A stretch of 63,489 bases of DNA, filler included, from Reticulomyxa filosa (taxonomy: Eukaryota > Protista > Foraminifera): NCBI GenBank assembly GCA_000512085.1. It is 20 parts of 20 records of this genome, joined end to end, with 100 filler letters (N's around TTAATTAATTAA, not from the genome) between each part and the next. Parts side by side here need not be neighbours in the genome. Positions count along the whole stretch, not along the records: positions 1 to 12,657 come from ASPP01018754.1; 19 more parts are not named here. The stretch is one strand, 5' to 3'. Under the pieces are notes generated by a model. That model saw nothing but the letters and a program-made list of their open reading frames with translations. It was not told the origin of the DNA and did not search any database. The translations under genes and the position numbers were made by a program. This document shows positions 1-11,408 of the stretch, one piece after another. The stretch's first letter is position 1. Every line of letters starts with the position of its first letter.

Positions 1-2957
1 AGGTAATGTTTGAGGAATTATTTGGAATCTGTGGAAGTAGTAAGCATATATACAAATTGGCAACAGATGCGGTTGGTTTTCCTGCTAATGGTTTTTTTTT
101 TCCCCTAACTATTGTAATCAAATTTCTTTTAGCCAGTTTGCTTTGTGCTTTTTTTATTAATTTTGTCTCTTTCACATTGTTTCTTTTTGTGAATATCTGT
201 ATCTTTTTTTTAAAAGAAAATATTAAGAGTGTGATCTAATCATTGAGTATATTGTTCGCTCAATACATTTTTTAAATCTTGAACTTGGTCCTGTTAACAT
301 TATACGTCAGCAAAATCTGTTCTTTTTGTTTGTTGTGTAAACTATTACTATCAAAAAACACTTGAACATCATGTAAACCACCAAATTCACAAAATCGAAA
401 GAATTCTAAAAATGCTTGCAAATTCTGAATAAAAATAAATACCAATCAGCATATATAATTTTATATGAAAAAATTTTTTGTGGACAAAAGGGCTTTGGAA
501 GGGGCTAGTTCCATTTTTTTTATTTTTTTTTCTGTAATGTATTTAGTTTTTTAGAAATCCGAAAGAATCTAAGTTGAATTGTTACAGATAATGAAGTAAC
601 TTGATTGTTATGACTTCTTTTACGTAGTGAAGTTTTGTTTTCTGTTTTAAAATAATTATCAAACAAATAAAGTCAAAACAAATTTCAATAATGTTTGCAA
701 ATATATACTTAAAACAAGTAAATGCACTCAATAAGCGTTAAAAAACAAATAGACCAACTTTTACAATACAAAAGCTAAACCAAACAATAATCAAAAGGAC
801 AATAATCAGAATATCTTTCGTGCATTTGATCATATGGACACAATTAGCTCTTCAAAACGTCATATATTTGCAAGAATGTACAAAATTTACAACAGCATAA
901 CGAAAAGGGATTATTGAAGAAAAGTTGTTTATGAGTGTTCAACTGTTTAATTATCGGGCCAAAAAGAGAAAAATTGCCACACTGTCATCGTTTTTTGTAA
1001 AGTAATCTTCACCATTTTCTTTTTTTCCCAAAGATGGCCACGCAAACTGCTTTTCTTTTCCTAAACAAGCCAAGGTTTTTCTACAAACTCTGTGTTAAAA
1101 CAGTCCGCTTAATAGTGCCTGGAATTCTTTGTAAAGACTATAAATACAGGAAAAAAATACAATAAAATCGATATTTTCATTGTTTTAATCAGGAAATGGA
1201 TTTTGTTGACAGTGCAGCCAAAAAAGGTCTAGTTCCATTTTATTTTATTTTTTATTTGTCATTATCGTAGTTGGTTTGCAATTTCGATCAGTTTGTATCT
1301 GATACTTAACCTTTCGGATATTGATGGAATTTCCTGTACCAAAATAGTGTGAATACAGTTATAGTGTTGTTAAAACAAACTTGTTCGTTGATATTTTTTA
1401 TTTTCATTGTATTTTATTCCATTTATATAAACAATTTAGAACAATTTGCAAGTGCCAAACCAAGTGACTATAAATGGAAAATTTAAATCAATGAAGATTA
1501 CAATCTGTTTTATCTACATTGATAATAAGTTAAAATGTTCAATGAGTGCAGTATCATTGTTCAAAAAATTTTTTTAATGCGTATTGCCAAAAAAATAGTT
1601 CATGCAGCATTTGACTATCCGATTGATAACTATATCATTTGAATTCATCAGTTCTCTTTTGATGATATTCTCTGCGAGAGGGCAAAGTGAACTTTTTTTG
1701 CGTATTGTTTTGTGCGATCGGGTATGCGTTTGAGCGAATGCCTTGAATTATAAAAAAACTATGTTGTTTAAGCAAATCGTATTATGTTAATAAAATCCGA
1801 GTAGTTTGTTAAATTCAAACCGTAGTGTTTATATGTCCGTAGAAGTCGCTTTCTTTAGCCATTTTTATGTCAGATCCAAAAAAATTTCCAACAAATAATA
1901 ATATAATTCATAAGATAATTTTCATTGTTTCCAAAATTTACGGCTAATGTCTCTCAGACCTAACGACATTGACAAAGAAAATTTTTGAATAATGGATGAA
2001 CTAGTCTCTTTGGAACTTCGAAGTTGGGGAAACAAGTTTTTTAAAAAAAGCGGCTGGTTTTTTAAATTTGTTCCTGTAATGTTTGAAGCCGTATTTTTTA
2101 TGGCGTCCCGTCAAAAGCGATAGGAGTAAACAGCCAATTCTTTTTTATGCCTCTTTAGCGGTTTTTCGCGCTTTAAGACGACTGGTATTTTTGCTCTTTT
2201 TCCAAATTTTGAGAGAAACTGTTTTTTAAGTGATGATTATTTTTTATTGACAACCTCTAAAATGAACCAAACATGGTTGTGAGATAACTCTACGATTCTG
2301 AGTTTTTAGAAATTGTTTTTTTTTTTGGCTGGGAATTGAAGAAAAGAAATTGTGTTGTTGTGATTAAAAATAGTTGAGTAGCCAATCAGACTGGAACTTG
2401 TCGAAAAATTCAAAGAGGATACCAAAGTTGGAAAATTGAAACTTTGGCCTTTGTGTGCACAATTTTTTGCGTAAAATGTTTAAAATAAAAATTTGTTATT
2501 TAAATTCAAAACTAAATTGTTATCTAAAGTTCAAATGTAAGGTTCAACAACGCATTGAAACACTTAAAAGTTATGGATGATGTAAACATTTTCAATGGCT
2601 TGCATTAAAAATTCAATATTTTGTAAGGAGAAAATATCTTCAAAAGTTTTAACTAAATCTGCTTTGTTCGCACAATTACTCTTTATCTAATGGAAATCTA
2701 AGAGATTTTGATTGTGGATATCTTGCATCTACAGCCCTATTTCTTTGAAAACATTCTCCAAAATACTATTGGACAAGTGTACTTCAGAAGTGAAAATTAG
2801 CCCTGTTCAATATGAAAAATGTAATCTAAGAGACGTCTTGGATCTACTGTAAACGTTACTGATAAGTAGTTTTAGTTTTGGAGTTTAAACTTTGAAACTG
2901 TACCCAAAAAAGGAAATATTGTGAACTGTCTAGCTACAAAGAACGTAAAGGAACCAT

Positions 2958-5546
2958 ATGAAGATTGGCGACTTTCGCAGTCCAAAATTCAAAAACGAGA
3001 GCAAATCAAGCTTAATATGGGGTCGTTTGGTGCCAACCTCACATTTGCACAAAGTGCTGGAACTGTCCTTAGACGAAGTAAAACTTGGTAGAGACAAACA
3101 AGCACATCTTAAAATCCGTGAACCACAAATTTCGAGTTTGCACTGCATTATCCGAAGAACTGCGACCAATCAACAAGCTGACAAAATCCCTTGTTGTGAA
3201 GTGATTGATTGCAGTATCAATGGAACTTATGTCAACAAAACCAAAATAGGAAAAGGACAGAAATGCAACATGTTTGATGGCGATGAGTTGATACTTCTCC
3301 AGCCATCCAAGCATCTCAAACATGGAAAGAAGCGAGGTCTATTTCTTTCTTCCAAAAAACAACAAAAAAAAGTTTATTTAATAAATGAAAACTATATGTT
3401 TTAAAATTTTTTTTTCGTATTACAGTTGAAATTTTTTTGTTTGTCAACCAATCAAAAAATTTTTGCTTGGATTGTTTGATTTGTTGGCTACAGAAAAAGT
3501 AAGCTTTTATTTTTACATGACAAAACCGCAAAAACAAGAACCCCCGCTGCTCAACCAAAAATACGAGTTGCAAGAAACATTGGGCACTGGACCAAATGCA
3601 GTTGTGAAGCTCGCGATCAATGTTTGTACTGGCGAGCGAGTGGCAATGAAGCAGATCGCGAAGAAGCAGATAGGACTGAAATCAAACACGGAAAAACTGG
3701 AAATCACAAGTATCATGAACGAATTGAAAATGTTACAAAAAACGGACCACTAAAAACATTATAAAAATTTACGATATTTTTGAGACAGCGAACATTTGGT
3801 TTGGCATTGGAATTGGCCGGTGGAAATTTGTTTCAGAGAATTGCTCATCAGAATCTTTCAGGTTGGTTTGTTTTTTCTTAAAGCATTGATTATTTAAAAA
3901 TTATTCTGCCACACACACAATGGAACAGAGGAGATTGTGCGAAAAATTATGTGGCAACTATTATCAGCCGTTAACTACCTGCATGAACTCAAAATAATTC
4001 ACGGAAATGTAAAACCTGAAAATATATTGCTTGTGAACGAAAATGCTTGGGATATCAAGGTTACTGATTTTGGTTTGTTACATGCGTTACAACTGGATCA
4101 ACAACCTGAAGTATCCGCGTGCAATGTGTCGTCATTCTTGGCACCGGAAATACTATCCAATCGAAAAATAGGTTTTTTTTCTTTCGTTTTTGTTTCTCTC
4201 TTTTTCGCTTTTTTGTTTGCAGCAAAGGCAAGGACATGGACTTGTCTTTGATGTTTTTTAACATGCATCGAAGATGAATGTGGGTTTGAAGTGGATTATT
4301 GGAGCATGGGAGTGACCATGTATTACTTGCTAACCGGACATTCACCCTATGACACGAAGGAGGGACATTTGCTTGATTTAATTAAATTGGGACGGTTTAG
4401 TTTCCCTTTACAGACGTGGCAGTTTGTTAGTATCTCTGCCAAGGACTTGGTGGAACACTTAATGAAATTAAATACACAGGAGAGATTTGGATGGAAAGAG
4501 ACTCACTCACATCCATGGATGCAGGCTATTTCCGCTTATCTTCCTCCCTTTCCCTCTTTAGAACAAAAAAAGGTAGATCTAACACCCCTTGAGCCGCCTC
4601 AAGAATTGCCTGAAGTAGAAGAAGTAATTCAATTCAAGCAAGACTCTGTGGATATTGACACACAAGAAAAGGAAAGTGTCAAGGAAAAGGATGCGAATAT
4701 CGATTTTGTCGTCACGGCAGCTGACATACAACCGGTTGAACACAACGCGTTGCCGTTGCAAAACGAAGTTTTAGAGGATGAACCAGAAGAACAAAATAAA
4801 GAAAACAGCAGCGGGGTTGTGAACATTAGCTCGCAGCCAATAGAAACTGGAGTTGTCAATGTGACATCAATTGAATTGAAATATGAAGGATTAACTAGGA
4901 AAAGAGTTTGGAATCAAAGTAACGACATAGAAATATTCGATTGTGGTAATATGGAAGACAATGCTATCGGGTCCCCTAAATCTAAAAAATCCAGACTTAG
5001 TAATAGCATCACTGTAGAAGAAGTTACGTTTTGCTTCATTGTTCTTTACGAGGGTGATTTTAATGTGTGTTGTGGGTTTACATTTATTAGCCACAAAAAT
5101 CACTTTGGATAACTCCATGGAAATCAATTGAAGGACATTCCGATATGCAGCTGGCTTTGCTACCCAATGCTAAAGAAGATAATGTGCAGACTGAATTAGA
5201 TAAAGAAGAAGTTGTGCCGAATATAACTCTCAATACAAATGAGGAAGAAATATCTCTAAATTTCAATGAGGAAGCAGTACCTCTTAAATTCAACGAAGAG
5301 GCAGTGCCTCTTAAGTTCACCGAAGAAGAGTTGCCTCTCAAATTTAGTGGAGAGGAAGTACCTTTCAAATTTAGCGGAGAAGAAGCACCATTCAAGTTTG
5401 GTGAGGAAGACGAGGGACTTAAGGTTATTGGCGAAGATACCTCTTTCAAGTTTGGTGGAGAGGTTGGACCACTTAAATTCAATGATAATTCAACACTCCT
5501 AATCAACATCGCAAATGTATTACCAGAAAATCAGCAAATTCAATGA
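2958..5546 (+). CDS. FHA-domain Ser/Thr kinase-like protein (Chk2/Rad53/Cds1-like architecture), multi-exon, probable pseudokinase with apparent frameshifts
   Basis: FHA motifs LGR..QISSLHC..DCSINGTYVN, then kinase motifs LGTGPNAVVKLA, VAMK, HGNVKPEN, VTDFG, FLAPE, VDYWSMGV and ISAKDLVEHLM. Phase-consistent GT-AG introns at 4172-4273 and 5023-5090. Two frameshifts near 3751 and 3800. Confidence 0.8.
5255..5480 (+). repeat. 27-bp coding tandem repeat (PLKFNEEAV / PFKFSGEEA-type nonapeptide) in the kinase C-terminal exon
   Basis: LNFNEEAV PLKFNEEAV PLKFTEEEL PLKFSGEEV PFKFSGEEA PFKFGEED ... SFKFGGEVG PLKFN in ORF 5145..5546. Confidence 0.85.
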
Positions 5547-5907
5547 AATGGAAAGACATTGTCTTAGATATTAAAAAAGTAAAAGCATTTGTTAAAAGGG
5601 TAATTGGAAAATCTCAATTTGTTTTGTTCCAAATCCATTTTTTGACCTGCAAGGTCGTTGGCATATTTTGTTGGTTTTTTTTTGTTTGTTTCATTATTTT
5701 TGTTCAGGATAAAACTCAAAGTTTCAATAAAAGAATAAATGGACTTAACTGTAATCAAAAAATTCATGTTCGAATGCTAACGTTCTCTTAAAAAACAAAA
5801 GTTCTGTCTAAAAGAGGATTTAAATTTTTCAAACAACTAAGAAAAATGAAACAAAAAACCAAAACAACATATCTCTTTGTCAACATCATTATTTTGAATA
5901 TATAATT

Positions 5908-6615
5908 TTAACAGCAATTTGCAAAAAAAACTAGTAGTGACAGATAACAATTCTTATCTATGTATTTTCTATTATATAGTATTGTTCTTAATATAATTAT
6001 ATTGTCCTCTATCCCTCTTCTCTCCATGAACCCGTTTTTTTCTTCATGTGTGTTTCTTTCTAGGAATGGACATACCATATTCAAGACTAGTCGATGACTG
6101 ACAATATAGCAGACTTTATACGTGTTCACCGTACGTCGTCGCAGTTATAAACGTTGTTCTTTTTTGGAATACTTATTGTTTTAGACATTAGCAATTTATT
6201 TGGAAGGGTTCCTTTATTGCATATTGCGTTTATTGTACTTGTTTTGATGCAAATATTTATTATTTTGATGCTACTAGATATATTTTCATTAATTGTATCA
6301 TTTTCTTTCATGTTGTCTACATACATTGTTGTGATTGTGTTTTTTCTATTCAGAATATTATAGATATCACAAATTAATTTATTATATATTTGATATTAAA
6401 ACTCTTTGAAGCGTTTCACATAGTCCGAAGAAGTCTGGATCTTCATATTGAATAAGTTTCCTGATGGCTGAGTTTTTTGTTAATTTTACACTAAGATGTC
6501 CTTTTATATTTAAAAATAAGATTTTACATTTTGTTATGTTTACATTTACAATATTATTATAATTTATATTCTTGTTTTTGTTTATATAGGTTTTATCCGG
6601 TCCGATTATATGCAT
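5908..6615 (-). mobile_element. Decayed non-LTR retrotransposon (LINE) ORF2 remnants: AP endonuclease start and reverse transcriptase N-terminal blocks
   Basis: KILFLNIKG...LIQYEDPDFFGLCET matches the APE N-terminal N-x-x-G and D...L-x-ET motifs. KGTLPNKLLMSKTISIPKK...DDVR and EKNGFMERRGIEDNII match LINE RT motifs (G.lP..w....i..IpK...yRP; Q.GFr..Rs..d). The pieces are in different frames with large deletions. An Asn/Lys-rich ORF1-like remnant may extend to about 7800. Confidence 0.75.
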
Positions 6616-8684
6616 TGGTTGAATAAATTGTTTGATATATTATATATTATTTGGAACTATGTCGGGACATCATCTATCGCATATTGATTATCATTTCTAT
6701 TATTAATAAATGGTCTTGGGTGCATATTATTATTTATATTATTACTATCATTGATTGGAATGATATTTGGATTTGAGTTTGCATTTGATTTAGGATTATG
6801 GGTTGAACTATTGTTTACGTTTTGGCCACTGTTATATGCTGGGATATTGGTTGCGTTGTCGTATTAGTTCAATGATAGAATGTTTCCTGGTATTTGGTTG
6901 GTTTTATCTGATAATTGAAATATGATTTGGTATTCTAATTTGGGCATTGTACTGATTGTATTTATGACTGTCTTGTGTATTGGTATCCACTGGGTCTTCT
7001 ATGTTGTTGATTATATATATTTCTTTGATATCAATTATTATAGTATTTGTTTCTTTGGTAATTATTCTTTTGATATATATTTCTTTGGTATGTATTTCTT
7101 TGATAACTATTGTTCCTTTTGTAATGTTGTTATAGATATATGTTATCTCTTTGATGCATAGGTTGTTGCATCAATGTATTATTATATCTATTATATAGTC
7201 TGTTCCAATTATTTCATTGTTTCCATTTATTTGATTATTCCATTTTAGTACGTAGAAATTCTTTCTTACATAATTTCCATTTATATTTATTCTTTTATTT
7301 TCTTTTTCAATCTTTGTAGATCTAAGCACATGTTATACACTTTATTCTCTTTTCATCAATTTTTAAGTATTATTGAAATAAATTCGTTTGCATTGTTTAT
7401 ATTTGTTACTTCTGTAGCGATTTGCAATTCGCATATACATGGAATATTATTTTTTCTGTTTCATGCATTAATATATCCCAGGATGATAAGCATTCTTTAA
7501 GGTCTTTAAAATTTATATGAATTGAAAATCCATCCAAATAATGCAATCTTATTTTACATTGTCATGTTTTGATTATTAATAATAACTACTTTATTATCAA
7601 TATTATTATTAATATTATTGATAATATCGTTATTACTATCTATTTTTTATTCTTTGTATACGTGTTTATTTTTTCGCACAATTTGATTTTTTTGTACCTC
7701 TTTGGATAGGAATTCGTTTTGCTTTTGCAATTGTTTGTTTTGATCGTCCAATTGATCTATACTGTCTTGCAATTCTTGCAGTAGTTAGTCATAACTTATT
7801 TCCATAACTGCTCCCGTAATTGGTCGATCATTATCTGTATACCATTTGAATTTTCCATCTGTTACTATTTTTTTGGTTCAAATTATCTACGGATTAAATA
7901 ATATTACTATTTTGTGAAAGATTTCCACTATTTTGTCAATTTTCCTTGCCCTTCATTTGTCCACTGCACTATCTTCTTTACTATCATCAATTTCACACAC
8001 AAATTGAAATTTCTACTACTTTTATCATCATTATCGTCACTCGCATCCATTATTTCACCGGCAGTCTTTTCTTCAATCATTCAACAATTACTTTTTACAC
8101 CTTCATTTACTTATACCAATGCAAGCAAAATTTTTCGGTGTTTTGTCAAACGGTGGACTTTTAAATCTAGGTTTTTGTGCCATATGAAACCTTATTCTTG
8201 TATGAAACAAAAATTTAGTTCAAACTTAATTTTTTATATGTTGCTTTAAAAGTTTGATTTATAAAGTTATGTTGTGATAAGGTGTGTATTTTTTTTTTTA
8301 AGTTATTTGTACGTTGCTTTTTTTTTGAAAAGATTGTTTTAATGATTTTTTTTTTTTTGTTTTAAAGTTGAATAACTATGAAAGCTGCATTAATGAAACA
8401 AGTTAATAAGCTTTTAGTGGAAAGAGTTATCGGTATTTGTTTGACAAAATAGTAATGAGTAAAATTTTTTTATGTTCCTTATATTGAAGTATTTTTGTCA
8501 ACTTTTTTATTGAGAAAGAAAGTTGAAGTTGTTTCATCTTACGTCTAATAAAATTTTAATTGCAAAAAATCAAAAGGTATTGAAAAAATGACTACCTTCG
8601 AGGTTTTAACGTAAAAGCTTTATTTCAATCTTTCATAAACCTTGTTAATTGTATTATATTTATTGTGTGATTTATGATTGAGTC

Positions 8685-9390
8685 AGTCAGAAGATGAGAT
8701 TCAAGCCATTGTTGAAATTGTATTTGGAAACTAAAATTTAATTAGGATAGATCTATAATTTTGACAAACTTATTATCAATTATGTTAGTTCTTTTGTTTT
8801 TGTTCATTCAGTGACTTGTTATTATTTATGTTACTATTCCATACAGGCTGCTACTGTCTTCATGCTTGAGACATTTTGTTTGTCACCTAAATTACTCAAT
8901 ATATTCACTGGTCACACAAGCATCGTGAATAGTATTGATTCAATATTTAATTGTCATTAACATATCTGTTCTGGGTCAGGTAGTATGTGAGTTAGATACT
9001 AGAAAATTCATCCAATCATTTAATAAACATGCAACAGCTGTAAATTGTGTAAAATTTTCATCACATCTTATCAAAAACGTCGTATAATTTTGTCAGCATA
9101 TTAAAAGCAAATGAAATTACAATGTTTTTGAGATATTGGACATAATCAATAATTTCAAGTATTCAATGGACACACTAATGCTGTCGTAGCATTGAGTTTT
9201 CATCATTTAATGGTGGTAGATATTTGTGTTCTGGGTCATATGACAAAACAGTTTGTTTATGTGATGTTAAAACATCTAAATCATTACATGTTTTCAATGA
9301 ACATGAAGATACTGTTTGGTGTGTTGATATTTCACCATTTCAAAGCAATACCAGCAACAGTAATAAGTGTTATTGTGATTGTTGGTAATA
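8685..9390 (+). pseudogene. Degenerate WD40-repeat gene
   Basis: Fragments EDEIQAIV, NFDKLIINY, FMLETF...KLLNIFTGHTSIVNSID, ICSGS and FNGHTNAV, broken by stops and frameshifts. Confidence 0.65.
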
Positions 9391-10162
9391 TATACATTAG
9401 TTTTCAAAAAAAACAGTACACCAAAAAAAAAAGCGTCTTTATTGAAAAGAGTTAAAGTAAAAATAATTTTGTAGATACATAGAACAAATCACAGATTTTC
9501 TTTCCTCTGTGTGTACTATCTTATCTCTTGCATTTATTTGAAAGGTTATACATTCAATTTTTTTAGCTTAATTTTACATTATGCCTTTTTTTTTAACAAA
9601 AATTTTTTTATAAATCTCTATCATACTGTAAAGAAAAAATAATCCATTTAACAAACGTTTACACTTATGTTTAAAATAAGCTTTTATGTTTGATGCAATG
9701 ATATGCTGTCAGTTTTTTCCAGTCCTTTTTATATTTACTTTGCAGTTTCCACTTATCAGTTACCGTGTACTGTTTTTTTAAACTACTGTAGTTGAAATAA
9801 TTTCCAATTTCTCTTCCAAATACTTGATCAAGTATAATTTTGGTATGCATATATTGTGATTGAGGAGCAATTGCTGGATATCAAATATTTCGTGCTAAAT
9901 TTACTGTGCGTTTGGTCGTATCTTAAACTACTAAACCTTTTGATTTTCTTCAATGTAGAAAGTAGTAGAAACACAAAAATTAAGCACTTGATTTATCAAT
10001 ATTATTTCAAATAGTGTTTGCAAAAGTAGTCAACAAATAGTTAAAGACTACTTTTTCAAGATATTTGGGGGCGAAAAAAAAAGAGATTCTTTTGATAGCG
10101 TAGTTGAAAAGTCTTCATCATAAGACAGCAAAAAGGGGGGAAAAAAAGTTGAGTAAGAAAAG

Positions 10163-11408
10163 ATGGCAAAACGAGTGAATCGTCAATTGAAGAAACAATT
10201 AGAAGAGCAGAAAAACTTGGAAGAGGAGTTGGACAAACTTCAAAACGGAAAGGACCCAAAAGAATCATGTGCAGAAGTGATTAAATTTGTTCAAAGCACA
10301 TCAATGGACCCAATGCCAGACACTGGTAAGACTGAAGAAGATTGAGATATTTTTTGAATTGAAAAAATACCTCAAACACAAAAAAAAAACAATACCAAAA
10401 AAAAAAAGTAACTATTTTTTTAAAATTCTAATTTCATTTGTCTATTTGATTTGTGTACGTTTTTTTTTTCTTTTCTCCCTCTTTTCCCCCTTTTTTTTTA
10501 AAAGAAAAGATTATCTTATAACCATATGAGACGAAAAAACAAGAAAAAAGTTAACAAAAAAGAAAGACAGAATGTTTGTATTGATTTTTAAAACAAAACA
10601 AAAAAAAGAAAATAACCCGTTTACGGTTTGCTTCCTCGCCGGAACACAAATATTAGTGAATAAACAAGGCAAACATAAAAAAATTGAGGAATTAAGAGTT
10701 GGTGAAGTGATTCAGTGTCTTGTACCTACTCATGAATCGTTTAAAGAAAGTATTGACTGTGAAATCAAAGATATTCCAAATGTTATGACTGATGCTGTTG
10801 TGGCTGCTATCCATTCTTCAGTCTCATATTCTATTTGCAGTATCAAATATCGTAACTTGACAACAGTTTCTCAAAAATATATATTTTTTAAAAATTTATT
10901 TTATATTTTATTTCATGAATAAAAAGATAGAGAGAAAAGAAAGACAGTATAAAAGTTCTTTTTAAAAATTAAAAAAGGCGTATACGTAAAAAAAAAACTT
11001 TTAATTAAAAAAAAAAAAAATGAATAAACATTAAAACGTGTTAAAACAAAAAAAACTTTAACAATAATAACACATCTTTATATATTTGATATTTTTAATA
11101 CTAATTAGAATGAAGAACGCACAATTGAATGCACCAATGGTCATCCGATATATGTAAATAAAGAAGGATGGAAAACGGTAAGCGGCGTTTCCCATGAAAT
11201 GTATGATTTTAAAATCCAGAAACTAAAAGTTGGCGATCAAGTTTGTTTAGAAAGCGGACACCTTGCTCAAATTACCCACATTCATTCCACTTCTCTCAAA
11301 GAACCTGTCACCGTTTACAATTTGACCGCGTCTAAGGGTCACACCTTCTTTGCCAATGGTTTGTTTGTCCACAATAAAGGATTTTGTGAAGGTTGCATCA
11401 TTTTGTAA
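10163..11408 (+). CDS. G-protein gamma-like subunit with an inserted intein-like Hint domain and C-terminal CaaX box (exons 10163-10325, 10609-10865, 11109-11408; 239 aa)
   Basis: Introns 10326-10608 (GT..AG, phase 1, G|AA = Glu) and 10866-11108 (GT..AG, phase 0) join three ORF-track pieces into one open frame. Residues 1-61 are G-gamma-like (coiled coil, SCAEVIKFV, DPM, ENNPF). Residues 62-229 are the Hint domain (CFLAGTQI, IEELRVGE, IECTNGHPIYV, LKVGD, VYNL...HTFFANGLFVHN). The tail is KGFCEGCIIL-stop. Confidence 0.88.
10629..11375 (+). other. Hint (intein/BIL-like) autoprocessing domain of 168 aa, no homing endonuclease, split by a spliceosomal intron
   Basis: Cys1 codon at 10629; block B T-N-G-H at about 11133-11144; block F VYNLT; block G His-Asn at 11370-11375. 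Confidence 0.9.

Noticed and set aside
1-2900. Possible decayed coding or transposon sequence on the minus strand
   Set aside because: Only short broken frames; no diagnostic motif recognised.
10163-10345. Stand-alone 60-aa ORF as the complete gene
   Set aside because: It lacks NPF and CaaX. A good donor (G|GTAAGA at 10326) splices in phase to the exon that supplies ENNPF.
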